Positions 40,225 through 49,819 of a stretch of DNA of 64,000 nucleotides are shown here, piece by piece. Position numbers and translations under genes: made by a program. This DNA comes from an uncultured bacterium (GTDB lineage Bacteria > Chloroflexota > UBA5177 > JANWHV01). The stretch spans positions 64,001-128,000 of the forward strand of contig CAVSOU010000011.1 of assembly GCA_963729625.1 (NCBI GenBank). The letters are read 5' to 3'. The notes beneath the pieces are model-generated. The model saw only the letters and a list, made by a program, of their open reading frames with translations, was not told the DNA's origin and did not search any database. Each line of letters begins with the position of its first letter. The first letter of the stretch is position 1.

Positions 40225-41972
40225 GATGTCACCGCGTACACCTGCGTGCCGTCGGGGAAGCGCTTGACCAATGGCAGGTGAGCGGCATCCGGTGGCGACG
40301 GCCGTCCGATCCAATCGGGATGCCAGATCACGTAGCGTACACCCCACCGCAGCAGCAGCCGTTCGGCGGCGGCATCGGGCCAGCGATTGAGCGTGGCGGC
40401 GTCGCTTTCGTAGGAGGCCGGTGTGTAGCCGCCCAGGCCGTTGACGATCGGCCGCCAGTGGTACGCCGCGTAGTACGTCATCAGCGCCTGCTGGGACCAA
40501 ATTGTCTTGTTCTGTTGTCCGATTGGAAGCTCGAGCACTGCCGTGCCGGCCGGCTGGCTCTTCAGCCAGTGGTAGACCTGAGGCACATTCTCGCCTGTCG
40601 CCACGGACGGGGTGTCGATCGGCGCGATCCAGTATTCAGCCAGAATCGCGACGCAGAGCATGGCGGCAATCAGGCGCCTGCGGCGAGGCAGTGCATCGGC
40701 CAGGCGACTCTCCACGATCGCCGTGCCCCAGGCGGCGAGGAGGGCAAGCGCCACGAAGCCGATGAAGAAGAAGCGCGCGATGTCCCGAAAGCTGTTGAAG
40801 CCAGGCACATGATCGTAGAGCAGCACGAATGGCAGTGGGAGGCTGTAGAGCCGATCGAATGCCTTGAGCTGCACTCCCAGAGCCAGGATGCCGGCAAGCA
40901 GTGCCATGCCGCCGTACATGCGTATCTCCCACGACCCGCCGCGGTGCCGCCACGCCAGCCAGGCAAGCGCAAGGGCCACCACGCCGGGGAACAGATACTG
41001 CTGGGCATCCTGACCGGCCACGCCCAACACGTGCTCGGTCCAGCCGTAGAGCGCGCTGGACGGCGGCATGCGCAGGAAATCACGGAGATCCGCGGCGAAG
41101 TAGATGGCCTGATCGCGGCTTCGCTGGGACGTGGCAGCGCCCTGAAGCCGCAGGTACGGCACGATCACCGGCAGGAGCAGCATGGATAGCCCGGCGGCCG
41201 CGGCCACGACGCCGATCGCAAAGCGCCTCGCTCGATGCCAACCGGCATGCAGGACGTACGCGAGCAGGTAGACCAGCAGGCATGTTGCCAGGAACGCGGC
41301 ATAGTAGATGCTGCAAAGCGCCAACAGGGCGTAGAACGCTACCATGCACGCCAGCTCGCGTGCCAGTCTTACGCGGTTGCCCGCGGACGCCGCCGTCCTG
41401 GCGCGTTCCCAGAACAGCAGAACCAGGGGCAGCCACTGTCCGGACAGCTGGTTGAGATGGCCGAGGTGGGACATGCGATATGGGCAGAAGGCCACGATAA
41501 TGCCGGCCACGAGCGCGCCTGCCGCGTTCCCGGTCATGTAGAGCGCGAGGAGATAGGCAAACGCGCCGCACATCACGAACGAGAGGAGAAACAGCATGTT
41601 GTAGGTGAATGCCGCGTTGGCGCCACTCAGCAAGTACAGCGGCGTGGAAAGCGGCAGCAGCCCGATCAGCGTATCGTTGTAGATCAGCGCATTGGCATGC
41701 GGATAATAGATGTTGCCCTGAAGCAGCTGCGAGGGCGCCGTGGTGAGGGCGTGAACCGACCAGGCGACCAGCCATGATTCATTGGGCGGATCGCCGAGGT
41801 CCGCTGGGAAACTGTTCCCGATGTGCCGCACCACGGGCCGGAACAGCACCGCGGTAATCGCGGTGTAGACCAGGACAGCGACAAGGAAGCACGCCCATGT
41901 CGGCCCGGCGCTGCTCCCGGCCGCGCGTGCTGAACGATCTGCGAGCGCCGCATTTGTCGGAGAAATGGCCAC
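40221..41972 (-). CDS. YfhO-like / GT-C-type multi-pass membrane protein
   Basis: GDP...W, NIYYP..N.L.Y.D, many TM helices, soluble tail VLELP..NGLGGY.P; GTG start inferred. Confidence 0.75.
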   Translation of the reverse strand: MAISPTNAALADRSARAAGSSAGPTWACFLVAVLVYTAITAVLFRPVVRHIGNSFPADLGDPPNESWLVAWSVHALTTAPSQLLQGNIYYPHANALIYNDTLIGLLPLSTPLYLLSGANAAFTYNMLFLLSFVMCGAFAYLLALYMTGNAAGALVAGIIVAFCPYRMSHLGHLNQLSGQWLPLVLLFWERARTAASAGNRVRLARELACMVAFYALLALCSIYYAAFLATCLLVYLLAYVLHAGWHRARRFAIGVVAAAAGLSMLLLPVIVPYLRLQGAATSQRSRDQAIYFAADLRDFLRMPPSSALYGWTEHVLGVAGQDAQQYLFPGVVALALAWLAWRHRGGSWEIRMYGGMALLAGILALGVQLKAFDRLYSLPLPFVLLYDHVPGFNSFRDIARFFFIGFVALALLAAWGTAIVESRLADALPRRRRLIAAMLCVAILAEYWIAPIDTPSVATGENVPQVYHWLKSQPAGTAVLELPIGQQNKTIWSQQALMTYYAAYHWRPIVNGLGGYTPASYESDAATLNRWPDAAAERLLLRWGVRYVIWHPDWIGRPSPPDAAHLPLVKRFPDGTQVYAVTS

Positions 41973-41986
41973 CGAAGGCGCCCGGC

Positions 41987-42346
41987 CTACTTGCGGTATC
42001 GGTGGAGCGCGTACGTTTGATCCTGGGTCTTCGGCGCGTCCGATTTCTCCCGGATGGTGCTGCTGGAGTGGCAGAGCCCGCACTCAACCATAAGCACCTC
42101 CACACCGCCGAACCGCATCCTGGACTTGATGTGGTCCTTCGTGAGCTGGGCCGAGCGGCAGTGCGGGCAACGAATGCCCGCCTCTTCGAAATACTCGACG
42201 TTCATGGTGATCGTCATGTGTTGCAGGCCAATCTGCTTCAGGCCGCGAAGCCACGGGGTTGAGTCAGTTTGGTCGCGCTTGCCGTATCTTTCCCGAAATC
42301 CTGCTGAGCGGTAGTCGTTTCGAATATCCCGTTTCTTCCGTAGCAT
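41987..42346 (-). CDS. Small basic protein with zinc ribbon
   Basis: CPHC...CGLC pairs; purine-rich RBS. Confidence 0.65.
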   Translation of the reverse strand: MLRKKRDIRNDYRSAGFRERYGKRDQTDSTPWLRGLKQIGLQHMTITMNVEYFEEAGIRCPHCRSAQLTKDHIKSRMRFGGVEVLMVECGLCHSSSTIREKSDAPKTQDQTYALHRYRK

Positions 42347-42538
42347 CTCTACCCTATCATGCCGATACGCTGCCTGTCGAACGCTTGGAGCAGGGCGTGC
42401 GCTCCTTCCAATGCCCGATCATAGCAGGCGTCGGAGCCGGCGATGGCCGGCATGGTCGCTAACAAGTCTGCCGCCGGTCAGCGGGGCCGCTCGCCTTCCG
42501 AGCGGCCCCGCAACCGATATTTCAGGTTGTTCGATTGG

Positions 42539-45286
42539 TCACGGTCCCACCGTGAGCGGCAGCTTGTCGAAGACCTTGCTACGCGACCCTGCCGCGCTGA
42601 CGATCAGCACCGCCGGCTCCACCACGGTCAAAGCCGCTTTAGGATGAAGAACGCCGATATACAGCCCATAGGCGTCGGCGGTCCCGCCGACATGCAACGT
42701 ATATATCGTCTCTCCCACCTTTGGATAGTGCGGAAGCTTGATCTTGACCGGCTTTTCCCCAGGCAACGGCGTCGGCGTCGCCGGCGGAGGCGGCGGTGCC
42801 ACGGTGTTCGTCACCGCCAGCGTCAGATCGACTTTGGCAAACGGCGCCGTGTGGATGGTTGCCGTGAGCGGCACGGTGCTTGCCACCGACAGGGCCGTCG
42901 ACGATAGTTCCAGGATAAGTGGGATCGGGCAGATCCCAGGCGCGGGCTCCGGCAGACCGGGAATCCTGGCCACGAACGCGTTCGGGTTTGGCGGGATATA
43001 CTTCCGACCGCCCGGCAGGTAAGACCCGATCTCTCCCGCGAGGAAGTTCGGTGATGACGTCACGCCCCCGAGATAGACGCTTCCGGCGCCGTCGACCGCG
43101 ATGTCCTGCGCGCTCTCGGCAAACGTGCCGCCCAGGTACGTCGAATACAGCATCTTTGTGCCGCAGCTGTTGATCTTGACCACGAACGCGTCGCTCATGC
43201 CAAACCCGCCGCGGTTGCTGCCCAGGCGGGGCTGCAGTGGCTTCACCAGCGGGAAACTGGGGCTGCTGAACTCGGCGGAAGTAGTGGAGCCGGCTACGTA
43301 GGCGTTGGTCCGGCCATCCACTGCCACGGCGTTTGCAATGTCGACGCCGCTGCCACCAATGTACGTCGCGTAGACTAGTACGCCCCGGGCACTGAACTTG
43401 GCGATGAAGCCGTGGGTTGCTCCGGAAACCACCTGGGCCAGGCCGACAGTAGGATGTATGCCGCCATTGGTCTCGCCCACGACGTATGCGCTGCCGGCCG
43501 TATCCACGGCAATACCATGAGCCTTGTCCGCGGCGCTCGCACCGAAGTAGGTGGCGTACACCAATCGATTGCCGTTAGCGTTGAGCTTGGCGATGAACGA
43601 GTTCAGATCGGTGCCGGCCAGGTGCGGCTGCAAGGAATGGGTTGGAATCTGGAAGTCGATCGAATTGGTCTGGCCGATCACGTAGGCGTCGCCGCTCGGG
43701 TCCAGCGCAATGCCATAGCCGTAGTCGGTACCGCTGCCGCCGAGATAGGTACTGTAGATCAACTTGGATCCTGACGGATTGAACTTCGTCACGAAGGCGT
43801 CCACCTGCGTGCCGAGCGCACCCTTCCCGTAGCCAAGGCTGCCGAGGAGCCCGTTCTTGACTGGAAAATTCCACGCATAGGTGTACCCGGTGAGATAGGC
43901 AGCACCCATGCGGTCGACGACGATACCGGTACCGATGTTGTCGCCCGCCGAGCAGTTGTTATCCGTGGCGCCGCCCAGCAGCGTGGAATAGATGAGCGAA
44001 TGGCCGTCTGGGCTGATCTTCGAGAGGAAGGCATCGTTGGCGCCGCAGAAGGACCGCTGGAAGGCGCCATTAGTCACCGGGAACGTCGTACCCCTGACCC
44101 CCTTGACTGCCTCGAGTCCGGCGTTCGTGTAGCCTACGACGTAGGCAAAGCCCAGCGAATCTACAGCGATGCCAGACGCATAGTTCGCCGTGCCATACGC
44201 GCCGGCAAGAAACGTGCCGAACAGGTATCTGTCGCCCTTCGGGTTTATCTTCTCCACGTAGACTACCGGACAGGGACTGGTGGAGTTTGAAGGGCAGTAT
44301 CCAGGATTGTATGCTGGTTGGAGTGCGTTCGTGCTGGTGATGACCGCTGTATACGTGGTGCCGGTGATGTACGAGTCACCCGCTTTGTCCACGGCGACTC
44401 CCGCAACGGTCGTATTTGACCCGAGGATCGCCCAGTAAGGCACCACCGGATCAATCACGAGCGGTAGACGCGGGTCATAGCTCCCGATAACAAATCCCAC
44501 CGTTTGCTTGCCGGATATCTGATACCGGCTGGAGATGATGCGGCGTTGGCGACCAGCCTGTTGGTAAACCGTGGGCGGTGTCTGAACGATGCCGCCCGCG
44601 GCGGTCGCGATAATCAAGTTTCCGTGCGCATCGATCGTCAGGCCGCTGGCGCCGGAAATGGCCAACCGGATGATGCCGGGCTTCGCGCCGGGCGCCAGCT
44701 GGAAGTCGTATTCCAGGCGATCCTGCGTTCCGTAGTACACGAGGTTGACACCAGGATAGACGTTTCTATATACCACGCCGCCATACGTGGGGACTCCCGT
44801 GCGCCAGTTTTGGCTGTTGGAGCCAACGAAATAGTTCACGGTAGTTTGTTGTCGATCCAGCCCAGAAATGCTCGGATGCGCGTTGGCGCCTGCGAGGTGG
44901 AAGCGCAGCGTGGCGGTCTGCTTGCCTGTCGAATGGCCACTTGCCGTGGATTGGTTGCCGGCCCCGGCTAGCAGGATGGCGTCGGTGTCCGTGAGGTACA
45001 GCGCGTAGCCGTTGCCGCGTGACAGGAAGCGCACGCCCGCCGCCGACGTGCCTCCGGCTGCCTCGAAGACCATCGGCAGACGGTCAATCGTCGCTCTGGC
45101 GGCGGACAGCTGAGCCGCCGAGCTCGCCGTCGGAGCGGCTTGAGATATGTGCGGAGCATTCGCGCGCGCGACCGCAACCGTCGCCGCGGTGAAGGGAACG
45201 CCGCCGCCAGTAAGGCCGATCGCGACGAGCAAGCAGATCGCGAGACTGATATTCGTCCAGGATCTCGATCGACGCGCCAATCTCAT
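42539..45286 (-). CDS. Secreted SBBP-repeat beta-propeller protein
   Basis: Signal peptide, VYPGVNLVYYG..LEYDF..LVIDP N-domain, about seven IAVD..G.AYV.G.T.S..F repeats. Confidence 0.9.
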   Translation of the reverse strand: MRLARRSRSWTNISLAICLLVAIGLTGGGVPFTAATVAVARANAPHISQAAPTASSAAQLSAARATIDRLPMVFEAAGGTSAAGVRFLSRGNGYALYLTDTDAILLAGAGNQSTASGHSTGKQTATLRFHLAGANAHPSISGLDRQQTTVNYFVGSNSQNWRTGVPTYGGVVYRNVYPGVNLVYYGTQDRLEYDFQLAPGAKPGIIRLAISGASGLTIDAHGNLIIATAAGGIVQTPPTVYQQAGRQRRIISSRYQISGKQTVGFVIGSYDPRLPLVIDPVVPYWAILGSNTTVAGVAVDKAGDSYITGTTYTAVITSTNALQPAYNPGYCPSNSTSPCPVVYVEKINPKGDRYLFGTFLAGAYGTANYASGIAVDSLGFAYVVGYTNAGLEAVKGVRGTTFPVTNGAFQRSFCGANDAFLSKISPDGHSLIYSTLLGGATDNNCSAGDNIGTGIVVDRMGAAYLTGYTYAWNFPVKNGLLGSLGYGKGALGTQVDAFVTKFNPSGSKLIYSTYLGGSGTDYGYGIALDPSGDAYVIGQTNSIDFQIPTHSLQPHLAGTDLNSFIAKLNANGNRLVYATYFGASAADKAHGIAVDTAGSAYVVGETNGGIHPTVGLAQVVSGATHGFIAKFSARGVLVYATYIGGSGVDIANAVAVDGRTNAYVAGSTTSAEFSSPSFPLVKPLQPRLGSNRGGFGMSDAFVVKINSCGTKMLYSTYLGGTFAESAQDIAVDGAGSVYLGGVTSSPNFLAGEIGSYLPGGRKYIPPNPNAFVARIPGLPEPAPGICPIPLILELSSTALSVASTVPLTATIHTAPFAKVDLTLAVTNTVAPPPPPATPTPLPGEKPVKIKLPHYPKVGETIYTLHVGGTADAYGLYIGVLHPKAALTVVEPAVLIVSAAGSRSKVFDKLPLTVGP

Positions 45287-45451
45287 GAGCTTTCTATCCT
45301 TCCCGATCTCCGTCCCAGCACCGACTCCCGCGCAAACGCGGCATCCGCGGTCGATGATGTATCGACCCGCGACTGGACGTGCCGGTACCACACGAACACT
45401 ACGCCATGCGCGGCCGCAACGCAAGCGACCTGTTAGGGGTAGCTCGGGCGC

Positions 45452-46285
45452 TCAGGATCCGGCGCGCTGCCGCTCGTCCGTGCCGAGCCAGACCGCAAGA
45501 CGCCGCGCGATCTGGCGCAACAACGCGCTGCGTCGCCGGCCGTACCCGGAGGCCCACTCGTTCACCGTCGCCGCGAAGCCGACGTCGTGTCCCCGGTCCT
45601 TGGAGGTCATGTACTTGAGGTCGCTGAGCTGCAGGTAGAGGTCAGCCGCGGCCGTGGAATCGGCGTCGAGCGATCCATGTTCCGCTACCGCCTGGACGAT
45701 GACCGGACGATACACGGTGTGATACCAATCATTCGCAGCTTCGCGCATCGGCACCAGATCGCCGGGCTCACACAGATACCAGCGATGTTCGTAGATCTGC
45801 TCGAGGGCCTGATCGTATCCGGCAGGCGTGCTGAACGCCGGCGATCGCAACCCGGTGTGCAGAGAGAAGCGGGCTCGCGCCGCTTCGAGCGGGTCCACGG
45901 CCGGCTCGTTCTGCTCGATGCAGTCGATGACGACGGCATCCATGTAGAGCTGCCCGACGACATGCGCCGCGCCAACACGATGGTGACCGTCGATCACATA
46001 GTACCCTCCGTGCAAACGGTACAGCTCGATCGGTGGGAAGATGACGCCTTCCGCCATCGCCTTGCATATTGCTCGAAAGCGGAAGGTACTCGCGGCAGTC
46101 GGCCGGAAAAGCCCGTCCAGCTGGTCGTGGCGGTTGACCGACCCCACGACTGCCTGAACGGGGATGGTCTCCAGGCGAGGCGGCAGCATGCTCAGTGTCG
46201 GATCGCCGGGCGAGCCAATGGGGAATCTCAATGGCTTGTTGCGCGGGTTCCGCTGCCAGCACGGCCGAAGTCGTTTACGATGCAT
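45452..46285 (-). CDS. ParB-like / DUF4032-type protein
   Basis: VGSV.R, PPIELY..YYVIDGHHRV, I.EHRWYL and AA.DWY...Y.P. Confidence 0.8.
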   Translation of the reverse strand: MHRKRLRPCWQRNPRNKPLRFPIGSPGDPTLSMLPPRLETIPVQAVVGSVNRHDQLDGLFRPTAASTFRFRAICKAMAEGVIFPPIELYRLHGGYYVIDGHHRVGAAHVVGQLYMDAVVIDCIEQNEPAVDPLEAARARFSLHTGLRSPAFSTPAGYDQALEQIYEHRWYLCEPGDLVPMREAANDWYHTVYRPVIVQAVAEHGSLDADSTAAADLYLQLSDLKYMTSKDRGHDVGFAATVNEWASGYGRRRSALLRQIARRLAVWLGTDERQRAGS

Positions 46286-46366
46286 GAGAATCCTGACGAT
46301 TGTGATGCCTGTAAGAATTCATGCTTTGATCGTACCGGCTTCAGCCGAGGGTTTGGGGACGGCCCT

Positions 46367-46386
46367 GTTAAGGTTTGGTTAAGGTT
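46367..46386. promoter_or_regulatory. Tandem direct repeat, OmpR/PhoB-type box candidate
   Basis: GTTAAGGTT twice with an 11 bp period (46367, 46378). Confidence 0.5.
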
Positions 46387-46458
46387 CGCCGGCCGTGTCA
46401 GCCATTTTACAGCGCCACGCTGCCCGGCCAAGGCGTATCGAATCCTGACACCGCAGTA

Positions 46459-47742
46459 TCAGGCTCGCCTGCCAAGCGTCTCCACGTGTTCCAACAGGCG
46501 ATCTATCTCCGCAGCCGTATTGTAGTGGACAGGACCTACCCGGACCACGCCGCCCGTTCGCTCCAGGTCGAGCCTTTCGGTGAGCGACAGCGCGTAGTTG
46601 TTTCCGCTCCACACGTAGATCTCTTGCTCTGCCAGTGAATCCGCGACGTCGCCGGGATGATGCCCGGCCAGCGTGAAGGCGACCGTGGGCACGCGCTCGG
46701 CCATCCGAGCAGGGTCGGCGATGCCCCAAATGTGCACGCCGGGAATCCGCGCCAGTCCCTCGAGGAGCCGCCGCCCGAGTGTCGCCTCGTAGCCGCGGAT
46801 TGCCCGCAGCGCCCGCAAGATCAGTTCGCGCCGGCCGGAGTCCGTGCCGCCGGTTGACGTTTCCGCGATTGAGCCGGCGTGCTGCAGATAGGCCATTGTC
46901 CCGAGCAAGGCCGCGCACCCTTCCACGCTGGGCGCGCCCGTTTCGAACCTGCCCGGAAGCTTCTCGGTGGCCGGCCGGACCTTGTACGGGTGGATCGCCT
47001 CCAGCCGCTCGCGTTTGCCGTAGAGAATGCCGAGGTGGGGTCCAAAGAACTTGTACGACGAACAGACCAGGAAGTCGCAGTCGAGTGCCCGCACGTCGAT
47101 CGTGCCGTGGGCTGCGTACTGTACCGCATCGATATACGAGATGGCCCCTGCTTGACGCGCCAGGCGACATACCGCGGCGACGTCGACAATCGAGCCGACA
47201 AGGTTCGAACAGTGCGTCACCGCTACGACACGCGTGCGCTCGCCGATTTTGGCCGCCAGATCGGCCATGTCGAGCGTGCAGTCCGCGGGGTTGATGTCGA
47301 CCACGCGGATCACCACGCCTCGTTCCTCGAGCGCGCGCCAGGGAGCCACGTTGCCGTCATGGTCCAGATTGGTGACGACAATCTCGTCGCCTGCGGAGAG
47401 GCCGCGCCCGATGGCACGGCTCATGGCAAACGTGAGACTCGTCATGTTCGGGCCGATGACGATTTCGTCCGGCGAGGCGGCGCCCAGCATGTCTGCCATG
47501 GCGGCGTGCGCCCCGTCCACGGCGTCGCTCGATCGCGCGCTCGCAGAGAAGTTCCCGTGCGGATATGAATTGGAGGTGGTCAGCATGGTATGTACGGCGT
47601 CGATCGTGTCTCGCGGCACTTGTGTCCCGGCGGGATTGTCGAAGAAGGCGGGCACGCGGCCTCGGACCACCTGCTGAAGCGCGGGGAACCGTTCACGCAG
47701 CTGTGCCACGTCGAAGGGCGCCTTTGTGGTCGTGTCGATCAT
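46459..47742 (-). CDS. Cysteine desulfurase-like PLP protein (VC1184-type)
   Basis: DNPAGTQVP, DAVQY, SSYKFFGPH and FETG; GAAGGAG RBS before MIDTT. Confidence 0.92.
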   Translation of the reverse strand: MIDTTTKAPFDVAQLRERFPALQQVVRGRVPAFFDNPAGTQVPRDTIDAVHTMLTTSNSYPHGNFSASARSSDAVDGAHAAMADMLGAASPDEIVIGPNMTSLTFAMSRAIGRGLSAGDEIVVTNLDHDGNVAPWRALEERGVVIRVVDINPADCTLDMADLAAKIGERTRVVAVTHCSNLVGSIVDVAAVCRLARQAGAISYIDAVQYAAHGTIDVRALDCDFLVCSSYKFFGPHLGILYGKRERLEAIHPYKVRPATEKLPGRFETGAPSVEGCAALLGTMAYLQHAGSIAETSTGGTDSGRRELILRALRAIRGYEATLGRRLLEGLARIPGVHIWGIADPARMAERVPTVAFTLAGHHPGDVADSLAEQEIYVWSGNNYALSLTERLDLERTGGVVRVGPVHYNTAAEIDRLLEHVETLGRRA

Positions 47743-47987
47743 CGGTACTGCTCCTTCAAGGCTCAAGACTACACTGTATTCAGCGCGACTGGGGCAACCG
47801 CTCCGGCGCGGTTTACACTCACCAAGGATAACTCCCAGCCGGTATTGACCTGTGGTCTCGAGCGAACGGAACGGCCGGGGGCGGAGACCGCATGACGATT
47901 GGGGTTCATCTGTGCCGATCGCATGTGCCGGGACGCTGTATCGTAGACATGTTGTCAGCCTCGGGTGTAGCACACTGTCAACAGTCG

Positions 47988-48118
47988 TTCATTGCGGTGG
48001 TAGTAACCGGCCGTGGCCGGCAGTGCCACGACCCGAGACGACCCGCCCTTCGGGCAGGTACCCCGGCGGTGCCCGGTGTACCGCGCCTTCCATCCAGCAG
48101 TGGCCGGAGGGCAATGAA
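47988..48118 (+). ncRNA. Candidate structured 5' leader RNA
   Basis: TTCATTGC/GCAATGAA closing stem enclosing three hairpins, just upstream of the RBS of gene 48146. Confidence 0.3.
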
Positions 48119-48145
48119 AGCTCTCCAGGCGGAGAGGAGCACGCA

Positions 48146-48952
48146 ATGCAGCTTGTTCTGCGAGCATATGACGCCAAGGGCGTTCTCAGGGCGGAGTCAC
48201 TCCCTGTAAAGCGCCTCTGGACGCTGATGGAGGCCGGTGGGCTCTGGGATCGCTCAAAGGCGCGTGCCGGCTTGCACGAGCATGCGGACGTGTATGCGCG
48301 CGAAACCGTGGTGGCGCGTCTGGAGTCGCTTGTGCAAGAAGGGTATGGTGACCAGAGTCTCTATTACCTGCGCGGCGCCAATCCGCCCACGCTTGCCACG
48401 CTGCGCCGGCCGCACTGGCCGGTCATCGGCGAGGACGAGGCAATCCAGCTTCGCGAGGACCTGGTGCGCTATCTCACTTACGGCCTGTGGCAGGCGCCGG
48501 AGGAAGTCGTGGCTCATGCCATCGCTTTGCTTACCGGCCGCGGCGACGCAGCAGTGCTGATAGGCGGTCTCCAGGGCACGGGAGAGCTGCAGGCAGTTCT
48601 GAGCACCGTCGAAGACGAAAACGCGTTTGCCGATGCATATGGTCCTACCGTCCGCGAGGGACTTCGGCAAGCCGGCGTGCCGGTGGACGACGCGGCGCTG
48701 GCTCAGGAGCTTGCCCGGCTCGTGCAGCTACTTGCTCCAGTGCGGCGACTGGTGCGTGGTGCGGCCGATGCCGGCCTGGCCGTTATCGTGTACCACGAAG
48801 AGGCGAAGCGAAGTGATGCGCTCACTCGCCACATTGCCGCGGCCATGCAGGTCGAGGAACCTCAAATGCCGGTCAACGATGAGCCCGCTACGGATGCTCC
48901 CGATGGTGTCGTGTATAGTAACGGGTACGGGGAATCGCCCGATGACCGCTAA
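48146..48952 (+). CDS. Hypothetical protein
   Basis: GAGAGGAG RBS, coding-like codon usage, acidic tail. Confidence 0.75.
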   Translation: MQLVLRAYDAKGVLRAESLPVKRLWTLMEAGGLWDRSKARAGLHEHADVYARETVVARLESLVQEGYGDQSLYYLRGANPPTLATLRRPHWPVIGEDEAIQLREDLVRYLTYGLWQAPEEVVAHAIALLTGRGDAAVLIGGLQGTGELQAVLSTVEDENAFADAYGPTVREGLRQAGVPVDDAALAQELARLVQLLAPVRRLVRGAADAGLAVIVYHEEAKRSDALTRHIAAAMQVEEPQMPVNDEPATDAPDGVVYSNGYGESPDDR

Positions 48953-49066
48953 AGGGCTGACATGGGTGGCTGAACTCACGGCGGCGGTCTCCGGTCGTGG
49001 CTGCCACATACAGGTAGCGGGTGGCGACGTGGCCATTTCGGGCGTTTCGAGCGAACCGCGCAATGA

Positions 49067-49819
49067 TTGCAGGTGTGTGACGACGTGCTAGGGCAGCCGA
49101 CTGAGACGATTACGCCCCAGGGTACTCGCATACTGATCATCGACGATGAGCCAAGCATCGTGCGCCTCCTTCAGGCTTACCTGGAGCACGAGGGCTTCGA
49201 GGTAGCAACTGCGGCGGACGGCGCGGATGCCTTGCTGGCATCTCGCAGCTTCAAGCCGCAGCTCGTTCTCCTGGACCTGCTGCTGCCCGAGATTGACGGC
49301 CTCGAAGTGTGCCGGCGGCTTCGCCAGGAATCCGACGTCTACATCATCATGCTTACCGCCCGATCGGAGGAGACCGACATTATCGTCGGTCTGACGCTCG
49401 GCGCGGACGATTATGTGACGAAGCCATTCAGCCCGCGAGAGATTGTGGCGCGCGTCAAAGCGGTGTTGCGCCGCGCGCGACGCCCGGCAGTGAGCCAGGA
49501 ATCCGAGGTTCTCAGCTTTCCTGACATTACGATCGACACGGGACGCCATAGGGTGGTCGCGTACGGCGATCCAGTCGATCTCACCGCCCTTGACTTCGAC
49601 ATTCTGCGCACGCTCGCGATGCAGCCGGGAATGGTATACACGCGGGCACAACTGCTCGAGCGGGTCTGGGGATATGACCACCTTGGAGACGAGCGCGTGG
49701 TCGACGTCCATATCGGCCTCTTGCGCAAGAAGATCGAGCGTGATGCACAGGAGCCGCGGTTCGTCAAGACCGTGCGCGGCGTGGGCTACAAGTTCGACGA
49801 CGGTGAGGCCGACCCGTGA
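49067..49819 (+). CDS. OmpR/PhoB family response regulator (start uncertain)
   Basis: IIDDE, LLDLLLP, KPF and VDVHI..LRKK..TVRGVGY. Confidence 0.95.
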   Translation: MQVCDDVLGQPTETITPQGTRILIIDDEPSIVRLLQAYLEHEGFEVATAADGADALLASRSFKPQLVLLDLLLPEIDGLEVCRRLRQESDVYIIMLTARSEETDIIVGLTLGADDYVTKPFSPREIVARVKAVLRRARRPAVSQESEVLSFPDITIDTGRHRVVAYGDPVDLTALDFDILRTLAMQPGMVYTRAQLLERVWGYDHLGDERVVDVHIGLLRKKIERDAQEPRFVKTVRGVGYKFDDGEADP

